The notes beneath the pieces were generated by a model that was not told the origin of the DNA, did no database searches, and worked only from the letters and a program-made list of their open reading frames with translations. Below are positions 19,319 to 28,058 of a stretch of 64,000 nt of DNA, in pieces. The stretch lies in contig JBAZSZ010000001.1 in NCBI GenBank assembly GCA_041662205.1, positions 159,107 through 223,106 on the forward strand, read 5' to 3'. The DNA comes from Minisyncoccota bacterium (GTDB lineage: Bacteria; Patescibacteriota; Minisyncoccia; Phycocordibacterales; UBA9973). Every line of letters starts with the position of its first letter. The first letter of the stretch is position 1. The translations under genes and the position numbers were made by a program.

Positions 19319-19366
19319 ATAACGAATACAATATAAACGGTTCGCTCGCCGATTATAAAAACAAAT

Positions 19367-19438
19367 GTGTCTGTAGTTCAGTGGTAGAACGCTGTCCTGA
19401 TAAGACAGAGGTCGAAGGTCCGATTCCTTCCAGACACA
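19367..19438 (+). tRNA. tRNA-Ile (anticodon GAU)
   Basis: Complete cloverleaf: acceptor GTGTCTG/CAGACAC, anticodon loop CTGATAA, T-arm GAAGG-TCCGATT-CCTTC. 72 nt, no CCA encoded. Confidence 0.85.
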
Positions 19439-19484
19439 CATGAAATACATTTATTTTTTACATACAGCTCACTGCCGTTTATAA

Positions 19485-19519
19485 GACAGAGGTCGATGGT
19501 CTGATTCCATCCACGCTCA
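19485..19519 (+). pseudogene. 3' half (anticodon-stem 3' strand through acceptor) of the second tRNA-Ile-like gene
   Basis: GACAG-AGGTC-GATGG-TCTGATT-CCATC-CACGCTC-A. Its acceptor strand is complementary to the GAGCGTG of the upstream 5' fragments. The T-stem differs from the intact gene by compensatory changes. Confidence 0.5.
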
Positions 19520-19593
19520 CTTGTATAAATTTCGGAGTTACTTTTGAAATAAAAAAGGGTGAAATTTTATCAAAAATATGGTATAATGAATGT

Positions 19594-20613
19594 ATGTTAA
19601 AGATAGAACTAATTAAAAAAATTGAAGAAAAACGAGGTTCCAAAGTTATTTCTTATATTACTAGCGATAGGCAAGGCCCTGTTGGTGCTAGGGTAGCAAT
19701 GGATATTATTCCTATTATTAGTGAACAACTTCGTAAAATTGGAAAGGTAAATAAAATCGATCTTTTCCTTTATACGGCGGGGGGAGATACGATGGTTCCT
19801 TGGCGTTTAGTTTCTATGATTCGTGAATATTGTGATACTTTTTCTGTGCTTGTGCCTTATAAGGCCCATAGTGCAGGAACAATGATTGCTCTAGGCGCAG
19901 ATGAAATATTGATGAGCGACTTGTCAGAAATTTCTCCTATTGATCCTTCTACAGCAAATGTCTTTAACCCCACAGATCCAGCTAATCCACAAAATAAAAT
20001 TCCTATCTCAGTGGAAGATGTTATTGCTTATTTTGATTTAGCAAAAAATAAATTTGGAATAAAGAGCGATGAAGACTTAACAAAAGTTTTTAATAAATTT
20101 GTTGAATCAAATCCACAAATTCATCCTCTCGCTCTTGGCAACGTAAATCGTATACACAATCTTATTCGTTTGATTGCAAAGCGTTTACTCAAGAGTCACA
20201 AAGATCCAATGAAAGAAGAGCAGATAGAAAAAGTTGTTGAATTTTTTACTGAAAAACTTTATTCGCACACATATTTTATTGGAAGGAAAGAAGCCAAAGA
20301 AGAATTGGGAGTTAAATCAGTTACAGAAGCAGACGCTGCACTTTCAGACCTCATGTCTCAACTTTACTTTGAATATGTTAAAGAAATGGAATTACAGAAC
20401 AACGTTTGGAATCCTCAAAACGAGCTTGGAGCAAACGCAAGTCAAAATGTAAAAGAATACAAAGTAGCTTTTGTAGAAAGTGCCATTCTTTCAAAAGTAT
20501 ATCAATTAACAATGGAATTCAAGCGCCACCAGGGTATAGTAGCTCAACCCAACGGCGCGCAAGTATCTCAAGAACAAGTCGCAATTAGAATAGTGGAACA
20601 AGGGTGGAAATAA
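19594..20613 (+). CDS. ClpP-fold serine protease of the SDH/S49-like family
   Basis: The pattern ITSDRQGPVG...LFLYTAGGD...YKAHSAGTMIALGADEILM resembles Clp/SppA-class serine proteases. First gene of an operon that is tightly spaced with mod/res. Confidence 0.5.
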   Translation: MLKIELIKKIEEKRGSKVISYITSDRQGPVGARVAMDIIPIISEQLRKIGKVNKIDLFLYTAGGDTMVPWRLVSMIREYCDTFSVLVPYKAHSAGTMIALGADEILMSDLSEISPIDPSTANVFNPTDPANPQNKIPISVEDVIAYFDLAKNKFGIKSDEDLTKVFNKFVESNPQIHPLALGNVNRIHNLIRLIAKRLLKSHKDPMKEEQIEKVVEFFTEKLYSHTYFIGRKEAKEELGVKSVTEADAALSDLMSQLYFEYVKEMELQNNVWNPQNELGANASQNVKEYKVAFVESAILSKVYQLTMEFKRHQGIVAQPNGAQVSQEQVAIRIVEQGWK

Positions 20614-20614
20614 A

Positions 20615-21007
20615 ATGGAAAAAAATATTTATATTGATTTTACTCATATTTGCGAAAATGTTATCGATGCTAAAAATGGGAACTTAAGTCTCATAAACAT
20701 TTTTAACCAAATAACCTCATCCAATTTTCCAGCAGTTTATTCGCAAATGTATGTTGTAGTTGGTGGACGCGGAATAAAAGGAGAGTATCCAGTAAGTATA
20801 AAAATTGAAAACAAAACTACCGGCAAAATTGTTGTTCGTGAACAGGTACTACCAAATAAGATTATAATTCCCGAAGATACAGGAGAAGGGAGACTTTATA
20901 TTAAATTTTCTCCCTTAATTTTAGAGACAGAAGGAAAATATGAAATTATGCTTTCCATAGAAGGAGAATCGAAAAACTTATTTTTTGATGTAAAATCTTC
21001 TAAATAA
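20615..21007 (+). CDS. Hypothetical protein (130 aa)
   Basis: Begins 2 nt after the preceding stop; beta-rich, no recognisable motif. Confidence 0.4.
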   Translation: MEKNIYIDFTHICENVIDAKNGNLSLINIFNQITSSNFPAVYSQMYVVVGGRGIKGEYPVSIKIENKTTGKIVVREQVLPNKIIIPEDTGEGRLYIKFSPLILETEGKYEIMLSIEGESKNLFFDVKSSK

Positions 21008-21011
21008 AGTT

Positions 21012-21605
21012 ATGTCCGAACAGAATACACAAATTGAAGAGGTAGAGAGTAGTCGTATAAAAACAGGAACCCAGAAAGGTACAGTGGAAGAGACCAAGGT
21101 TAATTTTAATCAGGATGAAGCTTGGACGCTTCTAGATAATAGAACAAAAAACTTAGAAAAAACTGCCGATAGGGTAGAAAAAAGAATAGATAAAGTAGAA
21201 GATAAAATAAGGGACTCAAATCTTAACACCATTGAAACCCTGGCTATTTTTGTAGCTCTTTTTACTTTTGTTTCCATAGAATTTCAAATTTTCCGATCAT
21301 TTTCTTCATGGGAAGCAGCTGCGAGTTTATCCTTAATTTTATTAGGCACCCTAACATTTTTTGTTGTGTTGATAGTTTCTCTTATCGACAAAAAATTTAA
21401 CCCCTCTATGTTTTTGAAATGTATGATTGGATTAACAATATTGGGTGGTGTTGCTCTTTTTGGACAATCAAAAATAATTGATTCTGATTATATTTTAAAG
21501 CAAGAGTTAGAAGAAAATTTTTACACCCAACACCAAACTGATAGTCAGTGGACTGATTTTAAAACCTGTATATGGTATAGAGGATTGAATAATTGTTTGA
21601 AATAA
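21012..21605 (+). CDS. Hypothetical coiled-coil protein with 2-3 C-terminal TM helices
   Basis: Begins 5 nt after the preceding stop; N-terminal coiled coil followed by hydrophobic helices. Confidence 0.4.
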   Translation: MSEQNTQIEEVESSRIKTGTQKGTVEETKVNFNQDEAWTLLDNRTKNLEKTADRVEKRIDKVEDKIRDSNLNTIETLAIFVALFTFVSIEFQIFRSFSSWEAAASLSLILLGTLTFFVVLIVSLIDKKFNPSMFLKCMIGLTILGGVALFGQSKIIDSDYILKQELEENFYTQHQTDSQWTDFKTCIWYRGLNNCLK

Positions 21606-21609
21606 TGAC

Positions 21610-23151
21610 ATGCCATCTTTAAACTGGATTGGAAAAGATAAGATTGAGAATCACGACAAAGATGTCGCTTTTCGACTTTTAAAAAAGAATGAGAAGTTGT
21701 CGCTAGGAAAAAGTAGTGAGAATTTGATTGTGGAAGGAGATAACCTCGAGGCATTAAAAGCGTTGATGCCTCATTATGCCGGAAAAGTAAAATGTATTTA
21801 CATTGATCCTCCTTACAACACTGGTAATGAGGGGTGGGTTTATAATGACAAAGTGAATTCTCCTAAAATAAAGGAATGGCTAGGGAGAGCGGTGGGACCA
21901 GAAGGAGAGGATTTAACTCGGCACGATAAATGGCTTTGTATGATGTATCCACGTTTGAAATTATTACGCGACCTACTTCGAGACGATGGTGTGATTTTTA
22001 TTTCCATAGATGATAATGAGCAACATAATCTTAGATTTATCATGGATGAGCTTTTTGGAGAAGAAAATTTTGTGACAAACATTATTTGGCAAAAATCCTT
22101 CTCCCCTATTAATTTAAGGAAAAATTTTTCTAGTAATCATGACTTCATAATCGTATATGCAAGGAATAGAGTTAATTTGAATTTAAATTTATTAGTTCGA
22201 GGAAAAGAAAACAATGAAAGATATAAAAATCTAGACAATGATCCGAGAGGTGCTTGGACATCAAGTGATTTAACTGTGGGACCAATAATTAGAGAAAAAC
22301 TTTATAAAGTTGTTTCTCCTAGTGGAAAAATATTTATTCCTCCGTCAGGACGATGTTGGGTTGTTACAAAAGAAAGATTTGAAGAGTATCAAAAAGAAAA
22401 AAGAATTTGGTGGGGAGAAAAAGGTGATAATATGCCTAGGCAAAAAAGATTTCTTTCGGAAGTGCAACAAGGTATTGTGCCCATGACTATATGGACACAT
22501 CAAGAAGTTGGGCATAACCAGGAAGCAAAGCAAGAGATAAAACAAATACTCAAACAAGAGGTTCCTTTTGAAACTCCCAAACCAACTCGTTTGCTTAAAA
22601 GAATTTTTCAACTTGCAACAAAAGAAAACGACCTAGTCATGGATTCTTTCGTTGGTTCTGGTACAACTGGACAAGCAGTTTTAGAGTTAAATAAAGAAGA
22701 TGGAGGCAATCGCAAGTTTATTTTAGTTGAGTTGGAAGAAAAAATTGCCCGTAAAATTACACAGGAAAGGGTACGTAGAGTAGCAGAGAAAATAGGTGGG
22801 GATTTTGAGTATGTAGCGCTGGGTGATGCACTTTTTGAAAGTTCTGGCGCAATTAATCCAAAAGTGAGTTTTAAAGACCTTGCTTCTTATATTTATTTCA
22901 CGGAAACCCACACCAACATTAATCCAAAGAAAATAAAAGGTAATTTTATTGGCGAATATAATGGACAGGAGTTTTACCTATTATTTAAAGACAAGGATAA
23001 AAACATTTTTAATAGGTCCACTCTTTCCAAGATAGGAAAATCAAAATTGTCTAAAATTGTATATGCAGACAAGTGTTTATTGGACCAAGACATACTTAAC
23101 AAGTGGGGGATCATTTTTAAACAAATTCCTTATTCAGTAAAAACATATTAG
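21610..23151 (+). CDS. mod: Type III restriction-modification methyltransferase (Mod, N6-adenine)
   Basis: DPPY motif (IYIDPPYNTGNEGW) and an FxGxG-like AdoMet region. Immediately followed by res. Confidence 0.85.
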   Translation: MPSLNWIGKDKIENHDKDVAFRLLKKNEKLSLGKSSENLIVEGDNLEALKALMPHYAGKVKCIYIDPPYNTGNEGWVYNDKVNSPKIKEWLGRAVGPEGEDLTRHDKWLCMMYPRLKLLRDLLRDDGVIFISIDDNEQHNLRFIMDELFGEENFVTNIIWQKSFSPINLRKNFSSNHDFIIVYARNRVNLNLNLLVRGKENNERYKNLDNDPRGAWTSSDLTVGPIIREKLYKVVSPSGKIFIPPSGRCWVVTKERFEEYQKEKRIWWGEKGDNMPRQKRFLSEVQQGIVPMTIWTHQEVGHNQEAKQEIKQILKQEVPFETPKPTRLLKRIFQLATKENDLVMDSFVGSGTTGQAVLELNKEDGGNRKFILVELEEKIARKITQERVRRVAEKIGGDFEYVALGDALFESSGAINPKVSFKDLASYIYFTETHTNINPKKIKGNFIGEYNGQEFYLLFKDKDKNIFNRSTLSKIGKSKLSKIVYADKCLLDQDILNKWGIIFKQIPYSVKTY

Positions 23152-23153
23152 TT

Positions 23154-25439
23154 ATGGAACTAAAACGATATCAAAAAGAGGTTATAGATAAGTTTGAGCT
23201 ATTTTTGAAAACGGCAAAATCAATACCGAATAAAAATCAGGCAGCCGCTTTTGCTTTCATGTCTTTAACAAAGGTGCCCTACAAAGAACTCCCAGATGAG
23301 CTCGCTGAGACACCTTTTCTCTGTGTGCAAGTCCCGACAGGAGGCGGAAAAACTTTCATTGCTTCACATATTATAGACAGTGCATATACTCATTTCGAAA
23401 AAACTCAACAAAAGAACGATACGGGCTTAGTTTTGTGGCTTGTGCCTAGCGATGCCATAAGAACTCAGACGCTTCAAAAATTACGAGACAAAAATGATCC
23501 AGTTCGTGAAGTGCTCGATGAACGCTTTAATAATAAAGTTGTAGTTTTAGATATTTTAGAAGCTAGAAGTATTAAGAAAAGTGATATAAGCGAAAACATA
23601 ACTATTGTTGTGGCTACTTTTGCTTCATTTAAAAGGGAAGAAACAGAAGGATTAAAAGTTTTTCAAAATAATGGAGCTTTAATGACTCACTTTGAGAATC
23701 AAACTGAAGATGAAAATCAAAAATATTCTGTGATAGAGGTTATAAAAAAAAATACTCCGTTAGTTATCGTCGACGAAGGGCACAATGCACAAACAAGCCT
23801 TTCCCTCGATATGTTTAAGGATTTAAATCCCTGTATGATTGTAGAATTTACCGCGACACCAAGAAGCTTGAGTAATGTTTTTGTTTCTGTTCCAGCGACT
23901 GAGTTGAAAATGGAGCACATGATTAAGATGCCTATTTTCCTAGAAACCAAGACGATTTGGCAAGATGCTATAAAATTAGCTTATGAAAAAAGGAACGAGT
24001 TAGAAAAAATTTCCCAAAAGCAAACGAAAGATTCCTATATTCGCCCTATTTTGCTTATCCAGGCCGAACAAGAAATTGAATCTCCCACCAGGATATATGT
24101 AGGTAAAGTTCTTGAATATCTTGAACAAGAATTAAAGATTGATCGTAATGAGATAGCTATTCGAACCGGGAAGCAGAATGAAATTGAAAATAAAAACCTT
24201 TTTAGCTTAGAAGTAAAGATTAGATATATCATAACAGTGGATGCATTAAAAGAAGGCTGGGACTGTTCATTTGCATATGTTCTTGCATCAGTGAAGAACC
24301 TTGGGGCTCCCGTTGCTGTAAAGCAATTAATTGGTCGTATACTCCGGTCTCCCTATGCGATCGAACATAAATTTAAAGAGTTCAATCAGGCCTATGTATA
24401 TGCTAGCGCTCCCAATTTTCAAGATGCTGCAAGGTTAGTTATAGATGGTTTGAAAGCAAATGGATACGATATAGATCCAACTAATTTAAATAAAAAAACT
24501 ATTAATACTATAAAAACTGAATATTCCAGAAATAAAAAAGGTGAAGTGAAGCTGCCGTTAATAGCTTTTAATGCCGAAGGCGAGATAAGAGAGCTAGATT
24601 ATAGCGCCGACTTGATTGGAGATGTCTCTATTCTTAATAAGATAAATCCTACAATTGACCTGAGTGGGAGGGAAGATACAGGGGTCGCTCTGATTGATAT
24701 TAATACGAAAGGAGATTTGGTTCGGGAGCAAGCAGAAAATTCATATTCAACAAACGCAGACGTAGAATTTTCCATAGAACAATTAGTTGAATGGTTATTA
24801 AAAAAAATTAGTCGGTCTTTTCTCTCTCTTACAGACATAGAAGAATTTATAGTTAAAGCCGTGAAGTTGCTGATTCCCAAAAAGATTTCTATAAATAATG
24901 CTAACCGAAAACGCTACCTTTTGCTCGAAAGAATCAATGAACTAGTTGATGGGATAGTTAATGAACATACCTATAAACAATTTTTTCAATTTTTAAAAAG
25001 CAAACATATTCTTACGAATTCTAAAGTTGCGTGGGAGGTCGGTAATAAAATTGAATATAATCAAATTATTTCAGGGATAATCTACAATAAACATATTTTT
25101 ACAGGTGTGGGACAGATGAACACTGAAGAACAAAAACTTGCTGATGTAATTAATAGTATCGAATCTGTGGAATGGTGGTTGCGAAATCCTGAACAAAACG
25201 GTTTTTATATACAAGGATGGATGGGTAATAAATTTCGTCCCGATTTTATCGTAAAAACACAAAAAGGAAATTACTTTGTTCTCGAGTATAAAGGTGATCA
25301 ATTGGTGACAAATGATGACAGTAAATACAAAAAAGAATTAGGAGATGTATGGACAAAAATTGCAGGAGAAAAATATCATTTTGAAATGGTGGAAAAAAAT
25401 GAAATAAATTCAATAGCTCAGTTGATTTTAAAAAATTAG
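23154..25439 (+). CDS. res: Type III restriction endonuclease Res subunit (SF2 helicase plus C-terminal PD-(D/E)xK domain)
   Basis: Walker A (VPTGGGKTF), DEGH box (VIVDEGHNAQ) and a C-terminal EYKGD nuclease motif. Begins 3 nt after mod. Confidence 0.85.
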   Translation: MELKRYQKEVIDKFELFLKTAKSIPNKNQAAAFAFMSLTKVPYKELPDELAETPFLCVQVPTGGGKTFIASHIIDSAYTHFEKTQQKNDTGLVLWLVPSDAIRTQTLQKLRDKNDPVREVLDERFNNKVVVLDILEARSIKKSDISENITIVVATFASFKREETEGLKVFQNNGALMTHFENQTEDENQKYSVIEVIKKNTPLVIVDEGHNAQTSLSLDMFKDLNPCMIVEFTATPRSLSNVFVSVPATELKMEHMIKMPIFLETKTIWQDAIKLAYEKRNELEKISQKQTKDSYIRPILLIQAEQEIESPTRIYVGKVLEYLEQELKIDRNEIAIRTGKQNEIENKNLFSLEVKIRYIITVDALKEGWDCSFAYVLASVKNLGAPVAVKQLIGRILRSPYAIEHKFKEFNQAYVYASAPNFQDAARLVIDGLKANGYDIDPTNLNKKTINTIKTEYSRNKKGEVKLPLIAFNAEGEIRELDYSADLIGDVSILNKINPTIDLSGREDTGVALIDINTKGDLVREQAENSYSTNADVEFSIEQLVEWLLKKISRSFLSLTDIEEFIVKAVKLLIPKKISINNANRKRYLLLERINELVDGIVNEHTYKQFFQFLKSKHILTNSKVAWEVGNKIEYNQIISGIIYNKHIFTGVGQMNTEEQKLADVINSIESVEWWLRNPEQNGFYIQGWMGNKFRPDFIVKTQKGNYFVLEYKGDQLVTNDDSKYKKELGDVWTKIAGEKYHFEMVEKNEINSIAQLILKN

Positions 25440-25492
25440 AAAAAGTATATTTGCGAGAAGCTTTTAGCGGGGAATTGGTGTAAAATATAAAT

Positions 25493-26434
25493 ATGTCACT
25501 TTTTAAAAAACAAAATGGAAATATAAGCCTAGTAAAAGAAAAGCTTTTTGCATTAGAAAAAGAGTTACAAAGCATTACGGAACATAATATAAAGGAGATA
25601 TTTGGGTTAGAATTTGTTGCGACTGAATTTCAGCATAATGGTTTACGTATAGATACTTTGGCGTATGATTCTAGCTTGAATACTTTTGTAGTTATTGAAT
25701 ACAAGAGGGAAAAGAGCTTTAGTGTGATTGATCAGGGTTTTGCTTATCTTTCGCTTATTTTAAACAATCAAGCAGAATTTGTTTTGGAGTTTAATAAAAA
25801 ATTTCAAGAGAAAAAAGGGAAAGCAGATTTCGATTGGTCTCAAATGAGAGTCCTGTTTTTGACTAGATCGTTTACAGTTCACCAATTGGAAGCAATTAAC
25901 TTTAGGGATTTACCTATTGAGTTATGGGAAGTGACCCGTTATGAAGGGGATCTTATTCAGTATTCACAAACCAAGCGTTCCGGAGCCAAGGCCTCTATCG
26001 AGACCCTCGGTATTTCAAATAGCGAAGTGCGTAAAATTTCAAAAGAGGTAAGAACTTATTCTGAAGAGGAATATTTAAACAATAAGCCAAATGGAAATGG
26101 TAGAAAGTTCTATGAAAAAATTAAAGAAAAAGTCGCAGTTATTGATTCTAATATTGTTATAAACCCAACTAAATCCTATATATCATTTCAGTGGCCAAAT
26201 AATTGGCGCAATATATTTTATTGTCACGTATCGGGTAACAAAATTCGTTTAGACTTTACAAGGAGTGAACCTAAGGATTTCAAAGATCCTGAAAAGAAAG
26301 TTTTTTACAACGAAAGTAGTATGAAATACTACAAACAGCACATATCATCTATCGAGATAAATAATGAAAAAGAACTTGAGTACTCAGTTTATATAATCCA
26401 ACAAGCCTACGAAAGATTCCAAAAAGAAAACTAA
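25493..26434 (+). CDS. NucS/DUF91-like PD-(D/E)xK nuclease-domain protein
   Basis: N-terminal GLRIDTLAYD...FVVIEYKREK is a RecB/NucS-like D...ExK motif; the C-terminal half is of unknown function. Confidence 0.5.
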   Translation: MSLFKKQNGNISLVKEKLFALEKELQSITEHNIKEIFGLEFVATEFQHNGLRIDTLAYDSSLNTFVVIEYKREKSFSVIDQGFAYLSLILNNQAEFVLEFNKKFQEKKGKADFDWSQMRVLFLTRSFTVHQLEAINFRDLPIELWEVTRYEGDLIQYSQTKRSGAKASIETLGISNSEVRKISKEVRTYSEEEYLNNKPNGNGRKFYEKIKEKVAVIDSNIVINPTKSYISFQWPNNWRNIFYCHVSGNKIRLDFTRSEPKDFKDPEKKVFYNESSMKYYKQHISSIEINNEKELEYSVYIIQQAYERFQKEN

Positions 26435-26497
26435 TATCCAAAGGAGGCGAAGCTCACGAAACTTTAGCAAGAGTTGTAAAAAGGTTAAAATAAACCG

Positions 26498-26674
26498 ATG
26501 CAAAAAGGAAAAAAAGCAAAAGCAAAAGCAAAAGATAAAGATTTTAAAGATGATGATTGTGAAATATGCAAACTTATGAGAAATGGAAATCCAACCCCTG
26601 AGGCTTTAGAAAAAGCTTTTAACTTGCAGAATTTTTTAAATAATTTTCCAAAAGATAAGGGCAAGAAGAAATAA
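26498..26674 (+). CDS. Possible small Lys-rich protein (58 aa), not in the ORF track
   Basis: ATG-initiated ORF (MQKGKKAKAKAKDKD...). Its 3' end is one copy of the 42-bp direct repeat. Weak RBS. Confidence 0.3.
   Translation: MQKGKKAKAKAKDKDFKDDDCEICKLMRNGNPTPEALEKAFNLQNFLNNFPKDKGKKK
26630..26671 (+). repeat. Direct repeat, copy 1 (aattttttaaataattttccaaaagataagggcaagaagaaa)
   Basis: Differs at 3 of 42 positions from copy 2 at 27133-27174. Together the two copies bracket the TspO gene. Confidence 0.6.
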
Positions 26675-26696
26675 TTTAAAATGATATAATAAAATT

Positions 26697-27128
26697 ATGA
26701 ACAACACTTACTCTTGGTATTCGCAATTAATAAAACCTACTTGGGCTCCACCAAGCTGGCTCTTTGGTCCGGTGTGGACTTTTCTTTATGTTTTGATTGC
26801 TGTGTCATTCGGAAAAGTATTTTGGATGGCATGGCAAAAACAGATTACGCTTCTCGTTGCCTTACCTTTTTTATTGAATCTAATTTTTAATTTTGCTTTT
26901 ACTCCTTTACAATTTGGATTACAAAATAATTTTTTAGCAGCAGTAGATATTCTTTTAGTTTTAGGAACTCTCATCTGGGGTATGATTGCGATATACTTTG
27001 CCTCGCAGGAGCTTGTAAGCGTAGGAGGGTCTAGTATAATGTGGATTGTTTATATTCAAATTCCTTATCTTCTCTGGGTATCATTTGCGACTATTCTGCA
27101 ATTAACTGTCACTTTTTTAAATAGGTAA
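26697..27128 (+). CDS. tspO: TspO/MBR (tryptophan-rich sensory protein) family
   Basis: N-terminal YSQLIKPTWAPPSWLFGPVWTFLY is the TspO signature; five TM helices. Confidence 0.75.
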   Translation: MNNTYSWYSQLIKPTWAPPSWLFGPVWTFLYVLIAVSFGKVFWMAWQKQITLLVALPFLLNLIFNFAFTPLQFGLQNNFLAAVDILLVLGTLIWGMIAIYFASQELVSVGGSSIMWIVYIQIPYLLWVSFATILQLTVTFLNR

Positions 27129-27132
27129 TTTT

Positions 27133-27174
27133 AATTTTTTAAATAATTTTCCAAAAGATCAGGGTAAGAAGAAA
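27133..27174 (+). repeat. Direct repeat, copy 2
   Basis: See copy 1. Confidence 0.6.
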
Positions 27175-27361
27175 AAAAATTAGATAATAATGAAGTTGGA
27201 TTAAATATTCAAAAATAGATAAGGATGGATTATGAGAAAGGGAGCAGGGGAACTTCAAGAGCTTTTTGTTGAAACTGGATTAGATAATATGGTTGACAGA
27301 ATAAATAAATCATGATATAAAAAAGGCAGATCGAGCCTTGCTCATTTTTAAATTTAAATTC

Positions 27362-27385
27362 AAAAAAATAAAAAAAAGGGGGGGG
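27362..27385 (+). promoter_or_regulatory. A7-T-A8-G8 homopolymeric tract forming the RBS of the downstream gene (candidate phase-variation site)
   Basis: caaaaaaataaaaaaaaggggggggatatATG: the G8 run sits where the Shine-Dalgarno would be, 5 nt before the ATG at 27390. Confidence 0.4.
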
Positions 27386-27389
27386 ATAT

Positions 27390-27956
27390 ATGCGCACGAA
27401 TCTCATTGAGTCCTATATTGATATGCTTCAAAAGTCTTTAGGGCTTATTAAGCCACCAGTTGAAGAAGAAAAGTTGCGTGATCTATACGACTCAAGAAAC
27501 TTCGGTGGTATGGTCAGCCATATCCAAGAAACCTTGAGACTAGACATGAAAATCCGTTTGGGCTACGTAAGCAAAGGTGGACCAAAAGATGCACCAGCAT
27601 GGGTGGAAAGACCAATTGATATGCCGTTTTACAATTCCTCAGAATTTCGACAGACCACTGTAGTAGTGTATCTCCGAAAAACATTCCTACGAAATGGCAA
27701 TTTTGAGGAAGCAGTATTGGCTATTTCTCATGAACTTAGCCATATAGTTCTCGATGCTATTAAGCATCCTTTGAGAATGCATGAAATAGCAGTCGATTTA
27801 ACTGCTATGTTGCTTGGGTTCAGAGATTTTTACGTGACAGGTTGCCAAACAGCAGAACCTAGCATCTCTGGCAATCCTTATGAGATTAGATCTATAGGTT
27901 ATCTGACACCCGAAGAAGTAAGTCATGCGGCCAAATACATGACTTTCAGAAAGTAA
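27390..27956 (+). CDS. Hypothetical protein with an HExxH (HELSH) zinc-metallopeptidase-like motif
   Basis: AISHELSHIVLD...HPLRMHE. More G/C-rich than the context. No adjacent HTH partner was seen. Confidence 0.4.
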   Translation: MRTNLIESYIDMLQKSLGLIKPPVEEEKLRDLYDSRNFGGMVSHIQETLRLDMKIRLGYVSKGGPKDAPAWVERPIDMPFYNSSEFRQTTVVVYLRKTFLRNGNFEEAVLAISHELSHIVLDAIKHPLRMHEIAVDLTAMLLGFRDFYVTGCQTAEPSISGNPYEIRSIGYLTPEEVSHAAKYMTFRK

Positions 27957-28058
27957 ATATCAAGCCGTGAGAATGTCCGCAAGACGTTCCGCGGCTTTCT
28001 CATTTGTACATAAGGTCAATTTGCGTATAAAGTATTAAAGATCTATAATTTCATTATT

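Noticed and set aside
19284-19519. Group I intron or archaeal-type split tRNA as the explanation for the interrupted tRNA-Ile
   Set aside because: The intervening segment is only about 165 nt and contains a complete second tRNA rather than intron-like P1-P9 elements; nested duplication or insertion fits better. The locus is kept as a finding, not as an intron call.
26515-26545. aaagcaaaagcaaaagcaaaag tandem repeat, considered as a CRISPR or microsatellite candidate
   Set aside because: It is a short 6-nt periodic stretch encoding a Lys-Ala repeat inside a small ORF. There are no spacers and no repeat-spacer architecture.
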